A DNA stretch of 64,000 nt from an uncultured Candidatus Saccharibacteria bacterium. GTDB taxonomy: Bacteria > Patescibacteriota > Saccharimonadia > Saccharimonadales > Saccharimonadaceae. Shown here piece after piece: positions 52,994-62,799 of the stretch (positions within the stretch are counted from its first letter, which is position 1; each line of letters starts with the position of its first letter). Location of the stretch: assembly GCA_964641025.1 (NCBI GenBank), contig CAZXJP010000005.1, forward strand, positions 21,628-85,627. Reading direction: 5' to 3'. A model generated the notes under the pieces. The model worked only from the letters and a program-made list of their open reading frames with translations. It made no database searches and had not been told where the DNA came from. Both the position numbers and the translations under genes were made by a program.

Positions 52994-53022
52994 ATTATAG
53001 CATAAGCGACACAATTTGTCAA
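52994..53022 (-). promoter_or_regulatory. consensus sigma70 promoter TTGACA-17-TATAAT
   Basis: Minus strand: TTGACA (53022-53017), a 17-nt spacer, TATAAT (52999-52994). The ATG at 52987 coincides with the expected +1. Confidence 0.6.
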
Positions 53023-53042
53023 TATTAGTGTATGATGTCTGC

Positions 53043-53759
53043 ATGGAAAATAACGAACATCGTATACGGGGCGTGAAGGCAACTGACATAGGTTGGCAGT
53101 ATGAATCTGATGGCGACGCCCTCGACCCTTCCGAGGTGTATCCTGTTATCGATCCTATTTTGAACAAACTGTACGGAATTATGAAAAACGACGAGTCGAA
53201 CGTGCGTACTATTCAGTCCTATCATCCAAAAGCCCAGCTGGGCGCATCCCTAGCTTTTGCTTCGATGTTATGGGGGCGTGATTATGACCAATGGCCACGA
53301 CCGGATATAGATAAAAGGATCGTTCGCTGTCTAGGCGCTCCCGCATGCAATGTCTGCAGTCACTATGACATCAACTACGCCGAAGCCCCTGCGAACTCAT
53401 GGCGCGTGGAAAGGGACCAAGACCCTGTTTATGGGGAGTTACGAGCACATATATTAGAAAACGAAGGAGATCCCCTGAATGAATCTCTGACCGACGCCCA
53501 TTTGATTGATGACGTCGAACACGAGGAGTCCTACAACAAATATGGCAAAAGGACTTTATCGGATCGAATGATGCGCACGATCGTATCGAAGTTTGGTCCA
53601 CTATACGACGTCAGTCGTCAAACTGCAGAAAAGCCCGTCAGTATGTTGCTAGGCATACTGCCAAACGAAGATTATGAATCACAAGATAGATTAGAACATC
53701 CTATGCTAAAGAACATATCCGAAGATAAGTTCGGCTTTATATATCGTCGTTTTGGCTAG
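53043..53759 (+). CDS. hypothetical protein
   Basis: ATG 53043 (MENNEHR) lies 7 nt after TATGAT. No motif recognised. Confidence 0.45.
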   Translation: MENNEHRIRGVKATDIGWQYESDGDALDPSEVYPVIDPILNKLYGIMKNDESNVRTIQSYHPKAQLGASLAFASMLWGRDYDQWPRPDIDKRIVRCLGAPACNVCSHYDINYAEAPANSWRVERDQDPVYGELRAHILENEGDPLNESLTDAHLIDDVEHEESYNKYGKRTLSDRMMRTIVSKFGPLYDVSRQTAEKPVSMLLGILPNEDYESQDRLEHPMLKNISEDKFGFIYRRFG

Positions 53760-54796
53760 GCCGGTTTTTTCTGCCAAATTGCTCGACGTTTTTTGTTTTC
53801 TTGATATTTGCGAATAGTATTACGGATATCCAGCGCCATGTATTTGTCGCGATTCTTGCCTTCCAAGGCATCTACTACACCCCTCGGATTCTCTGGTCCA
53901 GTTGCGTGTGAAGTTTCTTTTCGCGTTAGATCATAACGAAATTCTACTGGTATATCGTATGAATCACTGATAACGCCGGCCGATCGGCGTGTATTGATCA
54001 GGTGGTCGTCGAGGGATGAAAGCACTATAATTCCTTCGTCTAGCTCTGATCCAGCCTGCGCCAGATCCATCTTTGCTATGTTTTCGCGGTGCATAAATGG
54101 TATTTGGCCCTTTGCCGCCGCGTACCTAACCCTACGGGTAGACCACAGGCGCTCTTCGGCCTCTTCCCGCGTGACCAATTCTGGGTCAAAGTCCAGCGAC
54201 TCGTCACCCAAACCTAGCTGATTCACGAGATGGTACATTCTGTCCGTGCTAAATGTTGCGGGCAATAGGCTTCCTGCCAAGATCCCCAGTCTAGACACTA
54301 TATCTAGGTCACCTTTTCCGGATAGTGGGCTGTCTAGTACTTTTCGGTGTATTTCACCCATTTCATGGCGTACGTCCTCGTCAGACGCGATCTTTGCGTC
54401 TAGTAACGCCCCCATAGACAGCGCATAAATTAACAATGGACGATGACCGTCCATTTTTCGTGCTTTTAGTATTTCGTCTTTGTACGAATCCAGGTTCATA
54501 CCTCTTTCTGGATGCACTACGAAATGCGTTGTCCCCAAATGCTCTAGGTGTTTATCAAAGTTTTTCGCTAGTATCTCGCCGTCTGCATGGTACCCGGGAA
54601 AGACCAATACGGAATAATCGCCAGGATGTTGCGTAGTCAATACACGCGCCTTATCACTTTTATCCTTGTAGGTGTGACGATGAACGGAATAGTCGGTAGC
54701 AAATGCAGCGGTCGCCGCTAATGAAACGGCACCCAACGTTAGTAGGGTGCCTTCTTTGATGCATCTTTCATTTGGTCTGATAATTTCGTGAGTCAT
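53756..54796 (-). CDS. membrane-anchored alpha/beta-hydrolase-like protein
   Basis: TM helix near the N-terminus, VLVFPGYHADG, and a possible nucleophile elbow ALSMGA. Weak call. Confidence 0.35.
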   Translation of the reverse strand: MTHEIIRPNERCIKEGTLLTLGAVSLAATAAFATDYSVHRHTYKDKSDKARVLTTQHPGDYSVLVFPGYHADGEILAKNFDKHLEHLGTTHFVVHPERGMNLDSYKDEILKARKMDGHRPLLIYALSMGALLDAKIASDEDVRHEMGEIHRKVLDSPLSGKGDLDIVSRLGILAGSLLPATFSTDRMYHLVNQLGLGDESLDFDPELVTREEAEERLWSTRRVRYAAAKGQIPFMHRENIAKMDLAQAGSELDEGIIVLSSLDDHLINTRRSAGVISDSYDIPVEFRYDLTRKETSHATGPENPRGVVDALEGKNRDKYMALDIRNTIRKYQENKKRRAIWQKKPA

Positions 54797-54948
54797 CTAT
54801 AACTCCTCTGTTATCGTATCTCTTTCCGCTCATCCACAGTATCTGTGGTTGCTCTCATTATACGCCCGTCATGTCAAAAAATCAATACTTTTTAACATTT
54901 TGGGAATTTTTCAAGAACTTATGCTTGTTTTTCAAAGCTGATTTCAAG

Positions 54949-54988
54949 CAAAAACAAAGCAACACCACAGTTACGCGGTGTTGCTTTG
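54949..54988 (-). terminator. rho-independent terminator after fusA
   Basis: CAAAGCAACACC ... GGTGTTGCTTTG followed by TTTTTG on the minus strand. Confidence 0.65.
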
Positions 54989-55003
54989 TATCCAACTTGT
55001 TAT

Positions 55004-57097
55004 TTATTTTTTGCGCTTTTCGATAATTTCCTGCGCGACGTTTGGCGGAACTTCCTCGTAAGCTTCTAGCTCCATCGTGCTTGCTGCACGACCTTGGGAC
55101 ATAGATCGAACATCATTCGTATAACCGAACATACTCGCTAATGGCACCATTGCCTTTACTAGCTTGGCACCGCCTTGTAGGTCTTCCATAGCCTCTATAC
55201 GTCCACGACGGCTATTTAGGTCTCCAATTACATCGCCCATGAACTCTTCTGGGGTAGTAACTTCGACGCGCATGACAGGTTCTAACAGTACTGGCTGTGC
55301 CTTTGGAATACCTTCTTTGACGGATAGCACACCTGCTAGGTTAAAGGCTAGCTCGCTCGAGTCAACATCGTGATAGCTACCATCATAAAGGGTGGCTTTG
55401 ACGCCAATCATTGGGTATCCAGCGATAACACCTCCGGCCAAGGTATCTTTGATACCTTTTTCGACGGCAGGTCGGTATTCTTGCGGTACGACGCCACCCT
55501 TGATCTCGTCACCCCATTCGAATCCTTCGCCAGATTCGGTAGGTTCGAAACGAACCCATACGTCACCATACTGACCACGACCACCAGACTGCTTGGCGTG
55601 CTTGCCCTGTGCCTGTGCCGTGCCACGGATAGTTTCACGGAATGCAACTTGTGGTTCGCCAATGTTCGCCTCCACGTTAAACTCGCGCTTCATTCGATCT
55701 ACTAGGATGTCTAGGTGTAATTCACCCATTCCAGACATGATAGTTTGGTTAGTCTCTTCGTCGGTGTGAATACGGAAAGTCGGATCTTCTTCGGATAGAC
55801 GTTGCAAGGCGATACCCATCTTTTCTTGATCGGCTTTCGTTTTTGGCTCAACGGCAATAGATACGGGTGGTTCTGGGAATGAAATGCTCTCTAGCGTGAT
55901 TGGGCTTGCCATGTCACATAGCGTATGGCCAGTAAACGTGTTTTTTAGACCTACGACAGCCGCAATGTCGCCTGCGCCAATGCCATCGATTTCTTCACGC
56001 TTGTCGGCGTGCATTCGGACTACACGTCCTACGCGCTCTTTTTCACCGGTAGCGGTGTTAAACACATAACTACCAGATTTTAGTTCGCCACTGTAAACAC
56101 GTACGAAAATCAGTCGTCCGACAAATGGGTCAGTCGCAATTTTGAACGCTAGCGCAGACATAGGTTCTTTGACATCAGCATGTCGCTCCATGGCGTCGCC
56201 AGTTTTTGGATTTGTACCTTTAATAGAACCGACATCTAGTGGTGATGGTAGAAAATCTGCGACTAAGTCTAGTACCTTTTCGACGATAACGCCACGGCCA
56301 TCGCCACCTGTCACTAGGTAAAAGTCACCGTCCAGCACTCGTTTACGTAGTGCAGACTTCAGCTCTTCGACACTGATAGAATCTTCGCCCTTGTCTAGGT
56401 ATCGTTCGAACAACTCATCGTCAGCCTCTACAGCCGCTTCGACTAGTAGGCTTCGTGCGTTCTTGGCCTTTTCTTCCATGTCGGCAGGAATATCGCCAGC
56501 TACTAGGGCTTTGTCCGTATATTCCTTGTAGGTATAGGCTTTCATTTCAATCAGGTCAACTACACCGTTGATTTCTTTTTCAAAGCCAATAGGTAGATGT
56601 ACTGGCAACGCGTGTTTTGATAGACGACTATGAATAGTCTCTAGTGATTTGTAGTAGTCGCCACCAATCTGGTTGATTTTGTTGATAAAGCAAATACGAG
56701 GGACACCGTACTTGTTGGCTTGGCGCCAAACTGTTTCAGTCTGTGCTTCGACGCCCATTTTACCGTCAAATACCACAACGGCACCGTCCAGCACGCGTAG
56801 TGATCGTTCGACTTCGGCAGTAAAGTCGATGTGACCAGGGGTGTCAATGATGTTGATTTTGCACTCGTTCCAAAAACAGGTAACCGCGGCTGACGTGGTG
56901 GTGATTCCGCGTTCTTTTTCCTGCGCCATCCAGTCGGTTGTCGCGCTGTCTCCATCGGCGCCACGAACTTCACCGATTTTGTGATTAATACCCGTTCGGT
57001 ACAAGATACCTTCGGTCGTAGTTGTTTTGCCCGCGTCAATGTGGGCGATAATTCCGATATTTCGATAGTCCTTTAGTGGGACGTTTTTCACTGCCAT
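55004..57097 (-). CDS. fusA: elongation factor G
   Basis: Start at ATG 57097 ([26 protein letters not shown]). 697 aa. The track ORF's 88 extra codons are not EF-G-like. Confidence 0.95.
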   Translation of the reverse strand: MAVKNVPLKDYRNIGIIAHIDAGKTTTTEGILYRTGINHKIGEVRGADGDSATTDWMAQEKERGITTTSAAVTCFWNECKINIIDTPGHIDFTAEVERSLRVLDGAVVVFDGKMGVEAQTETVWRQANKYGVPRICFINKINQIGGDYYKSLETIHSRLSKHALPVHLPIGFEKEINGVVDLIEMKAYTYKEYTDKALVAGDIPADMEEKAKNARSLLVEAAVEADDELFERYLDKGEDSISVEELKSALRKRVLDGDFYLVTGGDGRGVIVEKVLDLVADFLPSPLDVGSIKGTNPKTGDAMERHADVKEPMSALAFKIATDPFVGRLIFVRVYSGELKSGSYVFNTATGEKERVGRVVRMHADKREEIDGIGAGDIAAVVGLKNTFTGHTLCDMASPITLESISFPEPPVSIAVEPKTKADQEKMGIALQRLSEEDPTFRIHTDEETNQTIMSGMGELHLDILVDRMKREFNVEANIGEPQVAFRETIRGTAQAQGKHAKQSGGRGQYGDVWVRFEPTESGEGFEWGDEIKGGVVPQEYRPAVEKGIKDTLAGGVIAGYPMIGVKATLYDGSYHDVDSSELAFNLAGVLSVKEGIPKAQPVLLEPVMRVEVTTPEEFMGDVIGDLNSRRGRIEAMEDLQGGAKLVKAMVPLASMFGYTNDVRSMSQGRAASTMELEAYEEVPPNVAQEIIEKRKK

Positions 57098-57209
57098 GAT
57101 TGCTAATATTCCTCTGTTATTACTTAATTTAGTTATTTTTTGACATAAAAAAATAACGCTCTCGAGATATTGTAGCAGATTATAGGTGTTTACGCTAGTA
57201 GCAAAAGGG

Positions 57210-58130
57210 TTACATGCCGCGCATGGACTGGATTGGATAACTGCGATCCAGGTAATCGGCAATCTTTGCAATAGTTTCGGAATCAAAGCCGGCGGTATGA
57301 GCGTATTCACAAACAGATCTGTTCCTACTAGCTCGACCGTTTTTTTCGGCTGACACTTCATAGTGATCCGAGGCTATTTCTTGAATAATCTTGAGCGAAC
57401 AACAGATTCTTGCATTTTCCATAGATCGAACATTAGGATCAATTCCTAGTATTTCTTGCATATGAGCATAGACCTGTACGTCATGTTCGCGACGCTCGTG
57501 AACGTGCATAGCAAATGCCTCGGCTTGCTGCGTATAGATCAGATCGTCAAAGTTGTCAGGATCAAACGATGCACCCGGCACGGACTCGGCAAAGAATTCC
57601 TGCCATGATTCGGTAAATTGCTCTGGAAATACAGCGGCCAGCGTCACCTGCGAATTCTTTTTGTAATAATCCGATGTTATCAGCCCTGCGAACTCCGTGT
57701 CTCTTTTGCGCGCGTTATAGATGATGCGCGAACCCAAAAACACTAATACATGCTGGAACTCCCGTTCCTTTATATATCGATCCAAACTGACAAGCTCTCT
57801 ATAGGGTACAAAATCACTAGTACCGTATAGTCCTGACCATTCGGGGTCGGTCATCATCTGGTTTTCGACGCTGTCCGAAATAGAAAACATATAGTTAGTA
57901 AACTGTTCGTCAGAGCATTTACCATCGGGATCAATAACCAACTTCATATCAGGATGGTGCTGAGCCCATTCAGTCAGCATCCCCACCATCTCTTCGAAGG
58001 ATTCTTGTACTAGCTGGTGTTCTTCGCTCGTTTCTTCTTCGTCGATAATCTTTGGGTGCTGTTCCAATAGCAACCAAAGCTCGTCATCCAATTCACTCGC
58101 GCCCCAGGCTTCGCCCCTGTCATATTCCAT
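57210..58130 (-). CDS. hypothetical acidic protein
   Basis: Start tentatively at ATG 58130 (MEYDRGE), which avoids overlap with the divergent 58205 gene. No motif recognised. Confidence 0.4.
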   Translation of the reverse strand: MEYDRGEAWGASELDDELWLLLEQHPKIIDEEETSEEHQLVQESFEEMVGMLTEWAQHHPDMKLVIDPDGKCSDEQFTNYMFSISDSVENQMMTDPEWSGLYGTSDFVPYRELVSLDRYIKEREFQHVLVFLGSRIIYNARKRDTEFAGLITSDYYKKNSQVTLAAVFPEQFTESWQEFFAESVPGASFDPDNFDDLIYTQQAEAFAMHVHERREHDVQVYAHMQEILGIDPNVRSMENARICCSLKIIQEIASDHYEVSAEKNGRASRNRSVCEYAHTAGFDSETIAKIADYLDRSYPIQSMRGM

Positions 58131-58204
58131 AGTGTATCTATAAAACCACACGAAAGTCATAGACTCAAACATTAGCGTGAAAAAAAGGTGTATACTATTA
58201 ACAT

Positions 58205-58906
58205 ATGCGCGACAGCTACTTTGGTAAAACATTCTGTTTTTCACCGCCGGTAATGCTGATTACCTTCTTGTTAGAGTTCGCGATGGCCTTTTATGTATTG
58301 TGGCGATACAAACTAACTACCGTTACAAAGATAGTCGTCGCCATGCTGTTTTGTCTGGGCGTTTTCCAGTTAGCAGAATATATGATCTGCGGAGGCCTGG
58401 GCCTCGGCCATGCAGAATGGGTACAGCTGGGCTATGTTGCGATTACATTATTACCAGCTCTCGGCATACATTTGACCGCGACGCTCGCCAAAAAGAAAGC
58501 TAGACCACTGGTATTCGCGGCATACGCGACAGCCCTGGGCTACGTACTATATTTCATAGCCTATGGAGCGCAGGTAATTAGCAGTCAATGCGCACCGAAC
58601 TACGCCATATTCGACATGGAAGGTCAGGGTTACCTATTCTATGGAACGTATTACTTTGGCTGGCTACTGGTAACGATTGCCTTATCTACGTTGTGGGCGC
58701 GTCAAAAGCCAAAGCAAGCCGCCGCCCTACGCTGGACGGTTATCGGTTATTCGGCCTTTATCGTGCCTGTGATGATAGCAAACATGATAGATCCAGCCAC
58801 CATTCGTGCTATTCCGTCTATCATGTGCGGATTCGCGATCATATTAGCAATCGTGCTCGTATGGCGCGTCATGCCACTATCTAAAACGCCTTTGCGTAAA
58901 CACTAG
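58205..58906 (+). CDS. polytopic membrane protein
   Basis: 233 aa with about 7 hydrophobic helices. No motif recognised. Confidence 0.5.
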   Translation: MRDSYFGKTFCFSPPVMLITFLLEFAMAFYVLWRYKLTTVTKIVVAMLFCLGVFQLAEYMICGGLGLGHAEWVQLGYVAITLLPALGIHLTATLAKKKARPLVFAAYATALGYVLYFIAYGAQVISSQCAPNYAIFDMEGQGYLFYGTYYFGWLLVTIALSTLWARQKPKQAAALRWTVIGYSAFIVPVMIANMIDPATIRAIPSIMCGFAIILAIVLVWRVMPLSKTPLRKH

Positions 58907-59667
58907 TATCTGTCGTGAAAGAATTCGACCAAACAAAGTAGCGTCTGTTTACCGTATTTCTCGTCTACGTGAAGTTCTTTTCCGACTTCGAACAAGCCTT
59001 TATATAGTTGCGCGCTCATACCATCGGGAGCGCGTTGACACAGTGCCTGCATAGCTTTTACGGCGGACACTATCTCTAACGTATTGCCTAAATCCATCAA
59101 CGTGGCTCCGACTTTATCGCATGCATCTCGAACTTCCTGATTAGCGACTATTCGTTCGTTCATGCTCTCTTCAACCGTCAGTAACGATTCGTTCAGGTAT
59201 GTTTGATAATATTCATCGTCGGCGCGGAGTCCTTCGACGTTCGGTGTTTCTAAATCTATGAAACGTTGCCAGGGTTCGTCCAATGCCAATCCGTGATGTG
59301 AGATCAATTCTGCCTGTAATTGTTTCTTTTTTATCGAGTTTTCTTTTGGCGTTATGTCAAAGTCTGGATTTAAATCTATGAATTTTATCGTCGTTACAGA
59401 CGACACCACGTCTGACTGAAACTCATATAGATCCATCCACGCCATATAGCATTCCATGGCGCGTTCACCCAGCGATAGATGACTGTTACGGTCGCTATCC
59501 ATATACTCTTTGACGTAGGCCAGCCATGACTCGCTTCTTTCTTGGCTGTCAAATCGTATAATCGACTTGATTCCGTAGTTTGGTAATTTGCCATACAACT
59601 CCTTTGCGACATCGTTAAAGCTCTGTTGTAACTCGTGAGGCTCGTTACCCGTATACTCTCTTTCCAT
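58903..59667 (-). CDS. hypothetical protein (probably leaderless)
   Basis: Start at ATG 59667 (MEREYTG), about 7 nt after TATAAG. Longer N-termini would cover the divergent promoter. Confidence 0.4.
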   Translation of the reverse strand: MEREYTGNEPHELQQSFNDVAKELYGKLPNYGIKSIIRFDSQERSESWLAYVKEYMDSDRNSHLSLGERAMECYMAWMDLYEFQSDVVSSVTTIKFIDLNPDFDITPKENSIKKKQLQAELISHHGLALDEPWQRFIDLETPNVEGLRADDEYYQTYLNESLLTVEESMNERIVANQEVRDACDKVGATLMDLGNTLEIVSAVKAMQALCQRAPDGMSAQLYKGLFEVGKELHVDEKYGKQTLLCLVEFFHDRY

Positions 59668-59674
59668 ATACATA

Positions 59675-59699
59675 CTTATACCACTTTTCGTGGTATAAT
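59675..59699. promoter_or_regulatory. back-to-back extended -10 elements forming an inverted repeat
   Basis: CTTATACCAC-TTTTC-GTGGTATAAT. This reads as TGGTATAAT on the plus strand and TGGTATAAG on the minus strand. Confidence 0.5.
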
Positions 59700-59705
59700 C
59701 CATGC

Positions 59706-60068
59706 ATGACAGAAAAAGCGAGGGAACACAAAAAAGCTTTCGAGCACGACCAGTACAGCGCGGACGTACAGCTCCTGCTAGCAAACGAACGGACTCTGTT
59801 AGCCTGGATACGCACCGGATTGGCAGTCGTTGCCGGTGGCATAGCCCTAGCGGCATTCTACAAAAGTAGCCCCCTACCAGGACTCCTGATTCTCATTTTG
59901 GGTATTCTGATCGCCCTCATCGGTAATCGTAGGTACAAGATGGCCGAAAAAAGCATTCGTGCCGGTAAACTACCCGCCAGTGACAAGGCCGCTCCCCAGC
60001 AACTATTCGTAATAGCTGTTTTAGTGCTGATTATCGTTATACTCCAAGTCACACTGCTTAGCGAATAG
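59706..60068 (+). CDS. DUF202 / YidH-family membrane protein
   Basis: Signature LLANERTLLAWIRTGLAVVAGG. Confidence 0.7.
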   Translation: MTEKAREHKKAFEHDQYSADVQLLLANERTLLAWIRTGLAVVAGGIALAAFYKSSPLPGLLILILGILIALIGNRRYKMAEKSIRAGKLPASDKAAPQQLFVIAVLVLIIVILQVTLLSE

Positions 60069-60099
60069 AATTCTCTTGATAGTCAGCTATACTTGATAT

Positions 60100-60624
60100 A
60101 TGCGGAACTATATAAACAAGTTCGATCGTAAGGTGGGTTCGTCTATAAAAAGTATCCCGAAATGGGCTTATCCAATCATGCAGTTTTTTACGCTCGTTGG
60201 ACAGCCGCCTTTCACGATAGGAGTAGCGGCGGCGATACTGGGTTACGGATATGCTCTTGATAAGGACTATTACTTAATCGCCGGTTTCATAGCGATTACT
60301 ACCATTACCGTTAGTAGTGTTCTAAAGATTGTGCTTCGCCGTTCCCGTCCTGTTAACCAGTACGTGAAAAATATGTTTTTCAAAACATTTAGTTTTCCTA
60401 GCGGTCATGCCGCAGGATCACTTGTCAGCTATGGTCTAGCGGCTATCGTTATTTCCTACAAATGGCCTGAACTGGCCATTGCCACACTGTTAGTTGCAAT
60501 TATCGTGATATTTTTTGTTGGTTTGTCGCGCGTCTATTTGGGGGCCCACTACGCGAGCGACGTTATAGGTGGCTGGATCGTTGGACTGATAGGTGTAATC
60601 GCAATTATTTTGTTGGATAAATAG
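60100..60624 (+). CDS. PAP2-family lipid phosphatase
   Basis: Motifs KIVLRRSRP, PSGHA and SRVYLGAHYASDV. Confidence 0.8.
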   Translation: MRNYINKFDRKVGSSIKSIPKWAYPIMQFFTLVGQPPFTIGVAAAILGYGYALDKDYYLIAGFIAITTITVSSVLKIVLRRSRPVNQYVKNMFFKTFSFPSGHAAGSLVSYGLAAIVISYKWPELAIATLLVAIIVIFFVGLSRVYLGAHYASDVIGGWIVGLIGVIAIILLDK

Positions 60625-61485
60625 ATGAAAGTCGTCGTTGTATACAATCCGAAGTCCGGTAGTTCAGTTGGCGAAGCTTCCCTCAAAGACAAATTCGAAT
60701 CGGCCGATATCAATGTAGAGCAAATGATTCCCATAAATCGAAATATTTCGTCGTCTCTGCGACCATATTTGGAGCGTGACAAAACAATCATTGCGGTCTG
60801 TGGGGGCGACGGAACAATAAACAGTGTCGCTGGTATCTTGGCGGGAACAAAGGCAATACTCGCGCCACTACCGGGTGGAACACTAAACCATTTCACGAAA
60901 GACCTCGGCATAGAACAAGACCTAGACAAGGCTATAGCCAACCTGCATAACGCCCGGCCTCGACATATCGATATTGCCAAAGTCAATGACAAGGTCATCA
61001 TCAATAACTCCAGCATCGGCCTATATCCTGCTGCGCTTCGTTTTCGAGAAGACATGCCAAAATCTCCTGTTACGAAATGGTTTTCTATGATAATCGCCTC
61101 TATCCGCTCGTTCATCCGTAACCGTACATATTCACTTACTATTGGCAAAGAATCCGTGCAAACGCCCCTTCTGTTCGTTGGTAATAATGATTACGGCCTA
61201 GAACACGGTATTATCACCGCTAGAAAGCACCTAGATCAAGGTTTGCTATCGGTATATGCCATTACTTCTACCGGACGACTTCACATAGTAAAGATCTTGC
61301 TACTATCCCTCGTGGGGATGGCGGGCAATTCTAACGATATCAAGATCTGGAAGACCGACAAACTAGTCATACGCACGCCAAGGCGTAAGGTTCGTGTCTC
61401 TACTGACGGGGAACACGAAAAAATCAACACGCCATTGCGATACGAAATAATGAAAAAATCATTACTAGTCATCGGAGGCAAGTAG
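60625..61485 (+). CDS. diacylglycerol/lipid kinase (DagK/YegS family)
   Basis: Motifs IIAVCGGDGTINSVAG and PGGTLNHFTKDLG. Confidence 0.8.
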   Translation: MKVVVVYNPKSGSSVGEASLKDKFESADINVEQMIPINRNISSSLRPYLERDKTIIAVCGGDGTINSVAGILAGTKAILAPLPGGTLNHFTKDLGIEQDLDKAIANLHNARPRHIDIAKVNDKVIINNSSIGLYPAALRFREDMPKSPVTKWFSMIIASIRSFIRNRTYSLTIGKESVQTPLLFVGNNDYGLEHGIITARKHLDQGLLSVYAITSTGRLHIVKILLLSLVGMAGNSNDIKIWKTDKLVIRTPRRKVRVSTDGEHEKINTPLRYEIMKKSLLVIGGK

Positions 61486-61486
61486 C

Positions 61487-61735
61487 GTGGCCTTCAATCA
61501 CTACAGCAAGATACAACGGATATTATCCGAACAACCCGCGGGTTGGTGTGTGGTTCGCATCAATGAACCTACCGTCGCGCAAAACTTTCGTGGCGAAAAA
61601 GTTCAGTATGACCACTATTACCGTGTCTATAGCGCATCAAACCAACCGATAAAGTTTTGCAAATTTCAAAAACTAGATAAATTCGCTAGTATAATGCGAG
61701 TTCCGGTCGAAGAAATACCTATTATCGATAGTTAG
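61487..61735 (+). CDS. small hypothetical protein
   Basis: 82-aa ORF (GTG start) abutting the kinase gene. Confidence 0.35.
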   Translation: MAFNHYSKIQRILSEQPAGWCVVRINEPTVAQNFRGEKVQYDHYYRVYSASNQPIKFCKFQKLDKFASIMRVPVEEIPIIDS

Positions 61736-62216
61736 TAAAGCTCGTTACAAAGTCTAAATCAGCTCCGCGTACAGCGGACATTACAGCCTGCAATTCGTCT
61801 TTGCTCGCGCTCGTTACACGAACGGCATCACCTTGGATCTGGGGTTTTGCCTTTGGAAACTTTTCACGAATCAGCTTGGTAATTACCTTTGCCTTGTCCT
61901 GGTCAAGACCTTCGACGAACGGCACTTCTTTGGTTGCCTTCATGTTGCTCTCGTTGACTGTCTTTGATAAGTCTAGCACCTTACTGCTAACATTTCGTGA
62001 CGCCAGTTTTTTGCGCACGATGTCTAGTACGGCATCTATTTGCCATTCATTACTACCGGTGATCTTTAGTCCTTTTTTATCCTCTAGCCAGTCTATAGCC
62101 GCTGGGGTGCCTTTGAAATCATACCTATTTGCCATTTCACGTTCGACTTGCTGAAAGACATTGTTCATCTCGGCCTTGTCGTATTCGGAAACTATATCAA
62201 AACTAAATGTAGCCAT
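61722..62216 (-). CDS. yajQ: YajQ-family nucleotide-binding protein (UPF0234)
   Basis: MATFSFDIVSEYDKAEMNNVFQQVEREMANRYDFKG. Start at ATG 62216. Confidence 0.8.
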   Translation of the reverse strand: MATFSFDIVSEYDKAEMNNVFQQVEREMANRYDFKGTPAAIDWLEDKKGLKITGSNEWQIDAVLDIVRKKLASRNVSSKVLDLSKTVNESNMKATKEVPFVEGLDQDKAKVITKLIREKFPKAKPQIQGDAVRVTSASKDELQAVMSAVRGADLDFVTSFTNYR

Positions 62217-62241
62217 ATATCTATGGTAACATTTAATGTAA

Positions 62242-62799
62242 ATGGAGAAACGTCGAGTGATTAGAAATACTCTTGAAACAACCAAAAAGTTGCAAACTAT
62301 TCACGATATCGTCGCGGAAAGTGACACCTTGTACGAGAAATACGGCGAGCGCGGGCAAAGAGTAGTGAGCAACACCAGTGTTACGAACAGGGGTTATTAC
62401 TCATTCTCTAGATTGCCAAATTATAGGCCCCTAGAACATGTACGAGCGGCGCGATTAGCAAATGGCGCAATTATGAGTTTTCGCATACTGGACAAAAACA
62501 ACGAACCGGCGCAAATAGATTTCACTTATGATAACAGGGTTAGCGAACCGCACATACCCGAGGTCATCCAAACACGCTTAGAGGATGTAGGTTTCATGCT
62601 TTTGCGCAGAGGCATGCCCGAATGGTATGAAAAGAAAGATCTATACAAATCCAGCTTTCAACCCGTTCTAAACCGCGCGATTGATATACTTCAGGAAGAG
62701 GCCAACCCGAGTGACGGTGGCGAACCATGGCTCAACGCGTACTCGATAAAGGAAATACTGCAAGTTAACGGCTGGGTTATAAACGGCAAGAGTCTCTAG
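62242..62799 (+). CDS. hypothetical protein
   Basis: 185-aa ORF. No motif recognised. Confidence 0.4.
   Translation: MEKRRVIRNTLETTKKLQTIHDIVAESDTLYEKYGERGQRVVSNTSVTNRGYYSFSRLPNYRPLEHVRAARLANGAIMSFRILDKNNEPAQIDFTYDNRVSEPHIPEVIQTRLEDVGFMLLRRGMPEWYEKKDLYKSSFQPVLNRAIDILQEEANPSDGGEPWLNAYSIKEILQVNGWVINGKSL

Noticed and set aside
57098-57361. 88-codon N-terminal extension of the fusA ORF
   Set aside because: EF-G begins at [19 protein letters not shown] (ATG 57097). The extension is not EF-G-like and overlaps the end of the upstream gene.
60549-61148. 199-aa minus-strand ORF
   Set aside because: It is antisense to the clearly recognisable PAP2 and DagK genes. It is a shadow ORF.
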